Shown here in pieces: positions 1 to 11,371 of a stretch of 64,000 bases of DNA. Where the stretch lies: assembly GCA_965287045.1 (NCBI GenBank), contig OZ336885.1, forward strand, positions 42,346,001-42,410,000, in the 5' to 3' direction. Numbering within the stretch: the first letter of the stretch is position 1; every line of letters starts with the position of its first letter. A program made the position numbers and the translations under genes. The DNA is from Carcharhinus amblyrhynchos (lineage: Eukaryota). The notes beneath the pieces were generated by a model that did not search any database, had not been told where the DNA came from, and worked only from the letters and a program-made list of their open reading frames with translations.

Positions 1-240
1 ATCAGTCATCTTCCGACACACTGCATCCAGCTTCAAAATGGCTAATGGTGTTGAGGTCCTCATCGACGATGATGGATGAACAACATCCCCTGCTATACTT
101 GCAAACCTATTTGATTAAATCCTCACCAATCTACCCACCATGCATGACCACCATGCAGTCCTAGTGCTTCACATTAAGGACATCCTCCACTGTGTTGTGT
201 AGCACCACCACCATGCTAAGTGGGATAGATTCCAAACAAA
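1..240 (+). mobile_element. Degenerate CR1/L2-clade LINE ORF2 fragment (endonuclease/linker region)
   Basis: 190-238 translates to a ..HHHHAKWDRFQT-like motif typical of this shark LINE group; probably related to the LINE at 19100-20940. Confidence 0.5.
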
Positions 241-329
241 TGTGGAGGAGGAGGGGCAGAATAGAGGGACATTCAGCACCCACCTCTCCAACTATATAAT
301 TGATCACATTTCTATCCCTTTTCACTTCG

Positions 330-452
330 GGGTCATGTGGACTGACAACGTTAGCTCTGTTTCTCTCTCCATGGGTGCTGCCAAACCTGCTGAGTTTATT
401 CGGCCTTTTTCCATTTTTATTTCAGATTTCCAGTATTCGTGGTGTTTGATTT
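330..452 (-). repeat. Short Penelope-terminal-like shark repeat (CAGCAGGTCTGGCAGCATCTGTGGAGAGAG family)
   Basis: Reverse complement matches the copies at 12350-12540, 26705-26815 and 63325-63440. Confidence 0.55.
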
Positions 453-2552
453 TATTTAGGCATTTATGTTTCACTCTCCTGGAAAATTGATTCTTCACTG
501 ATTTTTCACAGGACACAATACTACTTCAAGAAGCTCTGGCAATTGTGTGTGATGATGAGGATATTGAATGCCATAGATTACAAGTTGCCAGCTATCCTCA
601 AGATTCTCTTGCATTGCGAGATGAACTTGAATGTTCATCAGTGTTGTCTGTGGGCCCATGAATTGAGCACATCTGTAAATCAGCCAGGAGCAGTGGCCTT
701 GCGATATAAAGCAAGTTCATTATTTCCATGCAGCAGGGAGATGTTGGGGCTTTGGTGGTAAAGTTTGAAGAGGATGCGACAAGCCACAATGGTTGATATT
801 TTAAACGATTATTATCAATGAGGGATAGTTAATTGTTTGTCGTATTAGCATGCAATATGCTGTAGCAGATCGGTGGGGTCTAAATTTAAAATCAGAATCC
901 ATTATATGTTAACCCAGATTGAAAGCTGGGCGCTTTCTAACAGGAAATGGTTTCCCTGCACTGCTCTTATACCCTCATGCAGCACACATGGAAAGCTGAA
1001 AGCAGAATGCCCACCAGCTCACTCAGCCGTAGATGGCTAAGGAACAGAAAGCTCAAGGGAAAGGGAGAGAAAGGGTTTACTTTTTGAAGCCATTTGTTAG
1101 CGAGAAGATCACAGATAAAGATGGAAGCCTTTTAGGCCACGAATGTGTTGGCTATATGACAAGAGTCAGTTTCCCAATGGACTAAAACATTCACTTTGAC
1201 CTTCTTTACACCTTCATGAAACCCCATGGATTGTGTGCTATTTGGTATGCAAGTACAGCAGCCAATTTGCCGAGTAAGTGACCACAACCAGCTAATTTCA
1301 GCCTCAATTATATGTGTATCAGTAATGAAACTTCAACTGACAATCCTTTGGTTCGCAGTGCTACCCACTACACATGCTGATACTTGTCTCAGTGGTAGAA
1401 TAGTCATGTCTGTTGTTGGTGCTGGTGTTGATCTCTGTCCCTGAACCTTTCACCTGAAATCACATTAATTCTTTATGGAAAATGTTGGGGATGATTTTCC
1501 CATCCAGATCACCAGCAGCCGAGTCACAGGATTCGCGCTGGGCGGCCTTGTCTCTGCGCCTAATTTTTTTCACATCAACGGGTCCACGCTAATTATCAGT
1601 GTAATGGCAATTTGCATTCATGAACATACCTTAGCGCAACTTGAATCTCCACCCCCCACTAGCATCTCCCCCCTCTCCGGTGTGACACCAAGCTGGCAGA
1701 ATTTACAACTGCTTTACGAAAGTTGGGACCTGATGTGGCAGTGTTGAACAGGAGTAAGGATGTAAGTTTTATGCGATTGCAGCCCTTGGACTGCAAGGGA
1801 GATTGGAGGCACGGTCTGGAAACTTTCTGTGGGAAAGTTCCTGGAGAGCTGGAAATGCCCAGGCCCAGAGAGGCCCATTTGATTTCAATGGGGTGGGGTG
1901 GGGTGTGCTCCTTTACTGAGTGCTGGTGATTCTGTTGTCTGCAGCCATTGGGCTGTTCCATTTTCTGGCTGTGGGATGTGGTGACTGACTGCTGGAGTTT
2001 TAGTGGAGTTGTGCGGGGGGGAGTGCACCACGTGCTGCTTGAGGGCTCTTGAGTCCAGGCAGCTGGTGCTCCAAGCAGGAGTGCTCTGTTTAACATTGAC
2101 ACTCACACTGCATGTACCGTGCAGTGAATGGTAACCCAGTTTGTGATAATTAGCAGTCTGTCCCTGCTCCATGTCACTGGCCTCCGACACGTGCCCGGAA
2201 GGGAATGCTGTAGCTACACTGGTGGCAATGGCTCAAGGGAGCGCAATGACCACGCCCGCGCACCAACCTGCATGCTTCCCCTGCTTGCTGTATTAACACT
2301 ACCAATGCCTGGCAACCTAATTGGGTGGCGCATGGCATCCTAGATCGTGCTGTGTTGCCAGCATCCACAAGTGGAGGTACTGGTGCCAGTGAGGGTTTGA
2401 GCGGGTGTGGAGAGGTTGGGGGGAGGTGGGGAAGGGGGGGTGGAAGGGGTGGTGCTGAAGTTTCAAGCAATGACGTGTACCTCTCAATCTCTCTCTCTCT
2501 AACCCCAACTGTGCGGAATGGATCTCAGTTTTGGTGATCTAGAGCTGGCCAA

Positions 2553-3150
2553 CATGGTGCTGGCTGAAGAGGAGGCAGTGGCTCAGGAGGTGGAGGGTGT
2601 AGGTAGGCTGCTCTGAGAGCAGCCAGTGGCAGGCCCTCAGGAGGGAGGGCTGGAGGCTGCCGCTGATGTCCCTGAGGCGGGAGAGCAGCCTCCCGAAAGG
2701 GTGGCCAGGAGAAGGAGGATGGTCCGCATCCTCCTGTGCACACCACCAAGGGAGTGTCCATGACACTGTGTGCTGAGGCGGTTGGACATCCCTGGGCTCT
2801 TTGGACCAACCCGGGCTGCCCGGATGGCTTGTGGGAGACAAGGGCTACCCGCTGAGATCATGGCTGATGACGCCTGCACGGAGGCCCCAGACCGAGATGG
2901 AGACCCGCTACAATGTGGCCCATGCAGCCACCCCGTCCATAGTGGAGCATTGCATAGGCCAGCTGAGATTCCACCGCCTGGTCTGCTCTGGGGAGGGGGT
3001 ACTTTGCAATAAGACCCTGAATGTGCCTCGTGCATTAACATGGTCTGCTGCATTCTGCACATCACACAGCATTGGGGAGATCAGCTGGAAGAGGAGAAAG
3101 AGGAGCTGATGCTGATTTGCATGCCAGACGCCGACCTGGCTATTGGTGAC
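2553..3150 (+). pseudogene. Harbinger (HARBI1-like DDE) transposase remnant, internally deleted and frameshifted
   Basis: [18 protein letters not shown]...[22 protein letters not shown] (2801-3109) is the GDxGYPL..L.TP / N..H...R..VE..IG.LK.RF catalytic region; the N-terminal RRRRM segment is joined to it across a large deletion near 2770. Confidence 0.85.
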
Positions 3151-3529
3151 CATTCTAGGTGCGTCCCCCCCCCCCGCCAGCTTCAGGGCACGCCGCTCAG
3201 ACAGTCAACAACTGCAGCTCAGGAACACCCCACCAGTCTTCTCCCTCTCATGCAGTTATGCACATCTTTCTCCTGTGGGGACATAAGGGCGATTGACCGC
3301 ATGATGTACGGAAGGGCATGGGGTGCAATGTGTGTCAAGGTTAGGGAGCTCGTGTTGGTCACTTCGGGGAAATGTCTCCCCACTGGGGGGGTGCTGATTA
3401 AGGAGGTGCCACAAGTGCTGGAGGCAACCTGGGGGTGGGGGTGTAGGCTTGAGGTGGTGGCTGCCCTTGAGGTGTCTAGGGATGGATGGTTTGACATTGT
3501 AAGCACAGCACATGTACAAGTGGGATGCA

Positions 3530-3770
3530 CACTCACCCTCACGGCCTGAAGAAGGTCATTTATTTTCTTACGATACTGTTCTCTGGACCAAGTGGTCAGG
3601 GTCCTGCCATTCACAGCAGCTGCATCTGCCTCCCATAAAGCGCTTGTTACGTGACCCCGTGGCAATGGCCCTCAGTGGGGTACAGCAACTGGCACCTCTC
3701 CTCCACTGCATCCAGCAGGCAGGCCTGCTCACTCTCAGATTATTTGGGACCACTTTTCTTGGGGGCCATC
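3530..3770 (-). pseudogene. Harbinger Myb/SANT-like DNA-binding protein, first-exon remnant
   Basis: ALWEADAAAVNGRTLTTWSREQYRKKINDLLQAVR followed by a GTGAGT-type donor matches the W..IA..VN....R...QCRKK.NDL trihelix/Myb motif. Confidence 0.75.
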
Positions 3771-4104
3771 TCCCTGTGTGACTGCCTGTGCATCCATAAC
3801 TGCAGCTCATATACAGTTCTGGCTTCAGGGAGTCCAAGTGCAGTCAGTTTGGGCCAGTCGTGGGCCCAGCGGGTAAATATCATCATGGATAATAGATATG
3901 CAACCTGGTTTTCAATAGAGGATGAGCCATCTCCAAAGCTGCTGATTGGGTGAATTCAACAAGGTACTGTGTCGGGGTGGGAAGGGGGAGGGAATGTAAT
4001 ACTCAAGGCTCTCACTCAATGAGGGGAATGCTCGCAGGCAGGGGGTGTGAATGGCAGCACAGGGCTGTGTGTGTAGAAAGTGGGGATGGGGGGGTGGTGA
4101 GAAT

Positions 4105-4440
4105 GAGGAGGCCAGGAGGCCAGCGATGTCTGGGTCAGCGGGGCTGGGGAGGCTACGATGTCCAGGTCAGTGGAGCATGGGGAGACCAGTGAGGTCTAGG
4201 TCAGTGGGGGATGTCTAGGTCAGTGGTGCAAGGGGAGGCCAGCAATGTTTGGGTCAGAGGGGGGATGGGAAGGCCACGATGTCCGGATCAGTGGAGCACG
4301 GGGAGGCCAGCGATATCCAGATCAGCGGGGGATGGGGAGGCCAGTGAGGTCTGGGTCAGAGGGGGATGGGGAGGCCAGTGACGTCCGGATCAGTGGTGCA
4401 TGGGGAGACTGTGGGGAGGCCGGAGGAACCAGTGATGTTC
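4105..4440 (+). repeat. Degenerate ~30-bp G-rich tandem repeat inside the Harbinger element
   Basis: Roughly ten recurrences of GGGGAGGCCAGCGATGTCCGGATCAG-like units. Confidence 0.8.
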
Positions 4441-6054
4441 TTGTAGGGGAGAAGGAAATGAGAGGCCACTAATTTCCATGGGGGAAGTGAAAGGTCAGTG
4501 ATGAGGACAGCAATGTCCGTGAGGGAGTGAGATGCCATTGGTGTGCATGCTGTCGGGGGAGGGGGGTGTAAGAAGCCAGCGACGTCAGTGCTGGGAGGAC
4601 ATGTTTAGCTATCTCCCAGAGATGTGCGTGTTCACAGGGTCCATCCAGCTCACTGATTTTAGCCCCTTCAGCAGGAATAGGTCCTGCCCCTGGATTCATG
4701 CTAGTGCCCTCTGCAGTGCCCAAAGTGTGGCAGATCCATTTTTAAAACCCCACTGAATAAACCAGTGCGATTTACTCCAGTTTTTATGCAAATATGACAC
4801 AGAATTTTGGGGGCAGCAAAGCCCCTGTTATCTTTTAATGAAAAGATTGCAGATTGCAACACTCTGTCATTAGATTATATTTAAGGCTGAGATAGACAGT
4901 TAAGGACAGTGAATAATACATATTCTTTGAGGGTGAAAGTGTCCTATGCATAAAGATGCAAAAATAACAAAATGATTGGGAAGTTATGTGGCTTCAGGGA
5001 GCCTGCTGGGAGGCAGTGTTAGGGAAGTGGGTTGAAAGCCCAGGTAGACGATAGGGAGGCAGACAACCCTCTCGCCCTGAGGCCAACTGAGGCCATTTTA
5101 CTAGCAGTAGTAAGGAGACCCTTCGCTACTGGGTGAGCCTGCCAGGTTTCCCTGGCAGTCACCTTATTGGCTTGGGGATGAGAGGTGCAGATGTTCTGAT
5201 CCATGGGTGGGCCACCCCCTCAGCAGTTGCCCCACACCCTTAGAAACCAGCCCTTCCTTCAGGGCTTACCTGACTGATCCCAAAGAGCTTCACCTGACTT
5301 ATCTGAATTCCGAAACCTCTCCATTGATGCTCCCACCTGGTTCTGTGACAGTGATTGTTCCTACCCTCGTGTTGAAAGGCCAACAGGTCTTGGGGGGAGG
5401 GCCAGCTCCCTACAAGGGACAGGAGCCATCACAACAGGTGGTTAATCGCCTGATCAGTGCTTCCAAAACCAGCTGAGTGGAACTTTTCCCCCTCTGAATT
5501 TCCTCAGAAAACCCTGACCAACAATCCCTCCAGCCCCAACAACCCCCACTCAGCTGGTTTCCCAAGACTTGACCCCATTTTTGTGCAGTAGGAAATTAAC
5601 TGCCTGCAGTTGTGGCTCCTGTCCCTTTAAGGGACCTGGTCCTACCCAAAAGAGCAGCAAGCCTGTCAGAGCGCCGAGTGGACAGTTACTATTGTGACTG
5701 AAACATGCAGCAGCATCAATGGAGGAGGCTTCAGAATCCATGATAAGTCAATATCTTGCTCATCCAATTCTGACCTCAAGCATGTCCTCGAGTTTAATTG
5801 GTCATCATTGCCAGCCATGCCTTTTGCTTTCACTCAGAAATTGCTCCTGTAAATCTATCTGCCTCTCTCTTTCTCTTTTCTTCTTTAAGGCAATTCTTAA
5901 AAAAACTACCTCTTTGATCAAACTTTATGCCATCTGCCCTAATATCGCCTCATATGGCTACGTTCAGATTTTGTTTTGTAATGTTCCAGTAAAGCAGTAC
6001 AGAATGTTTAATCCCATTGAAAGGTGCTAAATAAATACAATAAGGAGTCTGTTT

Positions 6055-6425
6055 AGAACCACAGAATCCCTACAGGGCAGAAAGAGGTCACTTGGCTCAT
6101 CAAGTCTACACTGAGTTTCCGAAAGATTACTTAATTAATTAATTGTAATTACCCAGGCCCTCACCCTGCCCTGTTCCCATGCCCCTGTGCATTTACCATG
6201 GTTAATCCACATAACCTTCATATCTTGTGACATTAAAGGGCAATTTAACATGGCCAATTCACTGAACTTGCACAACTTTGGATAGTGGGAGGAAACTGGA
6301 GCACCGGAGGAAACCTATGCAGACGCGGGAAGAATGTGCAAGCTTCACACAGACAGCCATCCAAGGCTGGAATTGAACCCAGGTCCCTGAGGTAGTAATA
6401 CTAACAATGTGCCAGTGTGCCATCC
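6055..6425 (-). mobile_element. HE1-like tRNA-derived V-SINE
   Basis: tRNA-like head with B box (GGTTCAATTCC), V-core (GGATTGGCCATGCTAAATTGCCC-like) and LINE-derived CTGTAGGGATTCT tail on the minus strand. Confidence 0.85.
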
Positions 6426-6483
6426 ATAAGCAAAACGATGGCAATCTGAAATAGAAAATGTTATAAACATTTAACAGGTCAGT

Positions 6484-7848
6484 TCTGATTCATTTGCCAG
6501 AATGGGACGTTGGCTGCTTTCCTGGGTTCTCTGCTTCCTGGCCACCTCCTCACTCTCGGGCCAGCCGCTACACCTGGGGAGTGAAGGTGCTTGTGTCCTA
6601 GAGGCAGACCGGAGATTTGAGTGCAGTCACTCCGGGATCAGCAGCGCTGAGTGTATCCGCCAGGGTTGCTGCTTTGAGCCCCGGAGCTCCAGCCCCCATT
6701 GCTGTTTTTACAGTCTGAGAAAGAGCCCAGTGTGCACAGATGATGGTCATTTCATCATTGTGATCTCCAAAAACCTGACCAGTCCTGCCCTCAACCTATC
6801 ATCTCTGTATGTGAAAAATGGACAAGAGGCTGAGTGCAAGCCTAAATTAACCACTGGCCAACTTGTGACCTTCCACTTTCCAGTCACCTCTTGTGGCTCC
6901 AGCAAGCAGGAGGAAGATGGAACCTTAGTCTGTGAAACAGACAAGAGGATGATTCAGACTGGGAAGCTGGGCTCAATAACTCGGGACAGCGCCTTTGGCC
7001 TGCACGTCCAGTGCAAGTACACAGGGAGGCGAGAGACTGGCTTACAGATCAACGTCAGTTTACACAGTTTCTTCACCACCTCCTGCTTCTGAAGATGGGA
7101 TTTTGAAACTGGAACTGCGAATAGCAAAAGGTGGTGATTACATATCATGGTATGTGGACAGTGACTACCCCATTTGGAGAATCCTACAGGAGGCAGTGTT
7201 TGTCGAGGTTCGTGTCCTGGGTGGCACTGACCCAACGATTGACCTGAGGCTGCATGACTGCTGGGCACCTCCTGTCCCAGTCCCAAACCATGAGGTGAAT
7301 GGAGTCTGCTGCTGGATGGGTGTCCATACGAGGGTGATGACTATCAGACTGTCCTACATCCAGTCATGTTTTCTGGCCTGAAGTTCCCAGCCTATCACAA
7401 GCGGTTTGAACTGAAAATGTTTGTTTTCTTGGACAGAGAGTTGGAGCAGCCTCTCACTGGACAGGTTTACCTGCATTGCAGTGCTGGGGTCTGCTCATCC
7501 TCTGCTCAGGATGACTGTGCACCCAAATGTAGCCCAAAGAGACGCAGGAGTACCCATGACCATGAGGGAACATTAGTGAGTGCTCCTCGCCCCATCATTC
7601 TGGAAGATGAGGGTCTTCAATCAAAGAAACAGCATGAAGCAAGTGGTGCTGCTGAATCTCCTCGTTGGCTTCTGCGAGGAGTAGCCATTGGCTTCATGAT
7701 GGTGTCCCTGTGCCTGCTGGCGGTGATGGCTACAGTGTACATGAAGAGACCAAAAGCTGTTGCTTCTCAATGCAGTGAAATTGAACAGTGTAGACCCTGA
7801 ACAAAAATAAACCTGAGATGAACATACAAAAAAAATATATTTTTTAAA
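6484..7848 (+). pseudogene. Processed pseudogene (retrocopy) of a zona pellucida glycoprotein of the ZPB class (ZP4/ZP1-like: signal peptide, trefoil, ZP-N, ZP-C, furin site, TM)
   Basis: Intronless ATG 6502 to TGA 7800; trefoil CVLEADRRFECSHSGISSAECIRQGCCF; ZP motifs GSITRDS, ELRIAK, VFVEVRVL, DCWA, LLDGCPY, VYLHCS; KRRR furin site; TM helix; two frameshifts (about -2 nt at ~7058, -1 nt at ~7299); AATAAA 7806-7811, A8 at 7828-7835; TSD TTAACAGGTCAGT at 6471-6483 and 7849-7861. Confidence 0.93.
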
Positions 7849-8870
7849 TTAACAGGTCAGTCAGCACCTGTGGAGCAAATGGGCCAGTTAATGTGCAGGT
7901 AAAATACTTACATCTCAGCCGGAGAGAAATTATAGACAAATTACATTTTTCTCTCATGTCTTTCAGAACCTGTACCTCTGTAATTTTTTCCAGTGTAGAA
8001 GAGGAATTAAAGGTTACTTGTCTACTTTCTACACAAATGCTGACTAAATGTTTCCAACACTTTCTTTTTCTGTGTTCTGACTGGTTGCGTTTACTTGGGG
8101 GAAGTTAGAGGGTTAGAGTGGGAGGTACAGTAATCAACTGCAGGAAAAGTATTGCAACATGATCATTTCCTTCCAGGTGTGGCTGTGCACTAAGTACCCT
8201 GCTAAGTAATCAAAGACCAAACTAAAATAAAATACACCTACATTAACTTTCTCTTTGCTGCCTCCTTTATCCATCGATCATTTCTACCTTTGAACACAGC
8301 ATACTGAAAAGGTTATCAAAGTCTGCATCAGAGCCAAAGAGAAATATAAACTGCTCCACAACATAGATTCCAATTGGCTGGGAAAAGCATTTTGTTAAGA
8401 AGTGTGGAGGCTTTTCTTTATTCAAGGAAGTCATGTTTATTTTTTTTTAATAGGTTATTGATGCAAAAGAAGGCGTGACTAACACACATAAAGGAATAAG
8501 TGGGAAGGATTTGAATAAAACTAGTTGCGATTTGTGACCTTTATTATCACAACATCACAGTTTTAGCAAAGTGCCAGACTGCGTTTGGTGATAAAAATGT
8601 ATCAAGTATCACACAAAGGGGATTTGCCCTTTGACTCTATTGGGTAAATTCACACATCACACCATGAAGTGACACTTTACAGGGTTTCATCAGACTGTTC
8701 ATGTGTCAGATTCTGCTGAATCTTCAAAAGTGCAGAATGGCTCTGTGGGATGAAATCTACTGGTCCTACATTTTGTCAACTTGTTAATAAAAATATGAGA
8801 CATGTTTTCTCGAAATGAAGAACTTGTAGTTACTCAATTCTTATCTTTTTACATAACATTTTGAATCTTT

Positions 8871-9307
8871 CATAGAACCCTACAGTGCAGAAAGAGGCCC
8901 TTTGGCCCATCGAGTCTGCAGCAAACACAATCCCACTCAGGCCCTACCCCCATATCCCTATATATTATACCCACTAATCCCTGGACACTAAGGGGCAATT
9001 TCTTAGCATGGCCAATCAACCTAACCCGCACATTAAGGGTTATGGGGAGGGGGCGGGAATGTGGAACTGAGCCACGACAGATCAGCCATGATCTTATTGA
9101 ATGGCGGGGCAGGCTCGAAGGGCTAGATGGCCTACTCCTGCTCCTATTTCTTATGTTTTTATGTAAACCGGAGTACCCGGAGGAAACCCACGCAGACACG
9201 AGGAGAATGTGCAAACTCCACGCAGACAGTGACCCAAGCCGGGAATCAAACCCAGGACCCTGGAGCTGTGAAGCAGCAGTGCTAACCACTGTGCTACTGT
9301 GCCGCCC
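8871..9307 (-). mobile_element. HE1-like SINE (well preserved), interrupted by a CR1 3' tail
   Basis: Complete head GGGCGGCACAGTAGCACAGTGGTTAGCACTGCTGC, B box, V-core and tail. Confidence 0.9.
9034..9163 (+). mobile_element. Extreme 5'-truncated young CR1 3' end nested in the SINE
   Basis: Almost identical to 12191-12320 including the CTTATG-type tail. Confidence 0.9.
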
Positions 9308-9524
9308 TTTGGGTTCCCCTACGCTTCCAATATGACTCCAGTGGGACACTGACATTTTAGATTCCAAGGTAGTGAGGGACAGTACTGAAGACAGTTTTTA
9401 CATTTTTGCAGAGGGATTTATTTGCAGAAATACACATTACAAGTATCCACCTCCCTGTCTCAACCACCACAGTTTCCATCTGCTCTTATTATAGGGATAT
9501 AAATGAATCCCCAGTTAATACACA

Positions 9525-9775
9525 CCACCTCTGGATTAAAATCCTGGAACTCCCTCTCGAACAGCACTGTGGGTATATCTGCACTACTTGGACTGCAGCA
9601 GTTCAAGATGTGGAGATGCCGGCATTGGGCTGGGGTGGTCACAGCCTGGTGTTGTGAGACTTCTTGCAGTTCAAGAAGGCAGCTTGCCAGCACATTCTGA
9701 AGGGTAATTAGGGCGGGGCAAAAATTCCTGGCCTAGTCAGTGATGCCCACGCCAATTTATCAAATACAATAAATA
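9525..9775 (+). mobile_element. CR1/L2-clade LINE 3' end
   Basis: SKSWNSL-type ORF2 end and AGGGTAATTAGGGCGGGGCAAAAATTCCTGGCCTAG 3' UTR; same family as the 3' end at 19100-19240. Confidence 0.65.
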
Positions 9776-10394
9776 TACAATTAACTTGGCAGTCTAAAAA
9801 CAGAGACTCCAACATAGTGTTGTTACAAGCATTAATGCTGCTTTATCAAAGGTTAAGGTGCATGGCCTTAATTGCTTTTTGATTCACAAGTTGTTAGCAC
9901 ATAGGAGAACTCCATTGTAAATCTTGCTAGATTCATTAAGGTTAAAATGGAGACTTCTTTCTCTTAACTATATCTTTATTTAGAATAAAATCTAATCAAC
10001 TAAGCCATAGTAATTCATTAGAAAATCCACTGTTAAGTGGTACAAGACTTTCGCAAGATTAGTTTGGACCTGTTTAAATAAGTTTAAAGCACTTTCGTAG
10101 TAAGAACTTACCTTGTAGAACCGTTTAAATCATTTAAAAGCATTTTTGCGGGCTTTTTGTATCTACCGCTTTAAGAATTCTAAGGGAATGGATAACAGGG
10201 AGTTGTGGGGGAGCAGGCTTTAAAACAGCGCCAGGTTTAAAAGGAGGCCTGGTGTAGACAGCGGGCAGCGTCGGAGCGGGCAGCGGAGTGAGAGGGAAGC
10301 AGAGTGAGCTACTAGGGCTTAGGAGCAAAAGGGCTGGGGAGAAGAAGGACCAGGTAAGTCCGTGTTGAAATTTTCAATATTACTACAGTGAATA

Positions 10395-11371
10395 ATGGAG
10401 GGGCATGTGATGTGTGGTTTCTGTATGATGTGGGAACTGGTGGACTCCAGGGTCCTTCCCAGTGACCATGTCTGTAGTAAGTGCAGGTTGCTGGAGGAGC
10501 TCCAGCTCAAGGTAGATGAGCTGGCCTCTGAGCTACAGACACTGAGGCTCATCAGGGGGAGAGAGGGTGCCATTGACAATGGGGTGCAAGTGACATCCAC
10601 CCCCCCAGACTGGCTAACTCTAAGGGTCAGGGACAAGAGGGGGCTGCTGAGAGGAGGAAGGAGGGTGGGGAGCGGAGGAAGGAGGGTGGGGAGCGGAGGA
10701 AGGAGAGTGGGGAGCGGATGCCTCAGCCTATCAATCTGCATAACAGGTTTGAGGTTCTTGCTTCCAGTCTGGATGAGAACGAGGGAGGTGAGGTTGGTGG
10801 GCAAACTGCACACAGTACAGCGATGCAGATGCAGGACATAGGCAAAGAGAAGGTGAAAAGGAACGTAGTAGTAATTGGGGATAGTGGGGTTAAGGGTATT
10901 GACACTGTCCTTTGTCACAATGACAAAGTGCACAGAAGGGTGTGTTGTCTGCCTGGTGCTCGGGTCCAGGATGTCGCATCTAGGCTGCAGAGGAACCTGG
11001 AATGGGAGGGTGAGAATCCGGTCGTTGTGGTACATGTGGGTGCCAACGACGTAGGCAAAATGCGAACTGAGGATCTGGGGAGGGAATATGAAAAGCTGGG
11101 AATGGAATTAAAAAGTAGAACCGACAAGGTGGTTATCTCTGGGCTACTGCCTGAACCGAGTGCAGACGGGCGTAGGGTTGATAGGATTAAGGAAGTGAAT
11201 GGGTGGCTCAGGGATTGGTGTGGGAGGAATGGGTTTGAATTTATGGGGCATTGGCATCAGTATTGGGGTAGGTGGGACCTGTTCGGGTGGGATGGGGTTG
11301 GTCTGAACCATGCTGGGGCCAGAGTCTTGGCGAATTGTGTAAATAGGACTGTAGACAGGGCTTTAAACTAA
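10395..11371 (+). CDS. CR1 ORF1p (CxxC..CxxC zinc finger, coiled coil, SGNH esterase); one frameshift in a C7 run at 10600-10606
   Basis: MCGFC...VCSKC, heptad LEELQLKVDELASELQTL, NRFEVL, VVIGDS, CLPGA, VHVGANDV, D-G-V-G-L-N (His of DxxH appears replaced); adding one C to the run joins ORFs 10395 and 10718 into ~325 aa. Confidence 0.85.
10653..10717 (+). repeat. 21-bp tandem repeat x3 within CR1 ORF1
   Basis: GAGGAAGGAGGGTGGGGAGCG repeated three times (RRKEGGE in the ORF1 frame). Confidence 0.9.

Larger units (their letters stand above)
1487..4825. mobile_element. Decayed PIF/Harbinger DNA transposon (transposase on +, Myb/SANT gene on -, convergent)
   Basis: Both Harbinger genes present as remnants; right end (ACTCCAGTTTTTATGCAAATATGACACAGAATTTTGGGG) resembles the ends of the elements at 35755-36890 and 56500-57597; TIRs degenerate. 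Confidence 0.7.

Noticed and set aside
2801-3109. Host HARBI1 gene
   Set aside because: Fragmentary, frameshifted, and paired with a Myb remnant inside a transposon-like unit
8870-9367. 165-aa ORF and similar ORFs at 13637, 18064, 24250 and 54673
   Set aside because: Translations of SINE sequence; the same pseudo-peptides recur at every SINE copy
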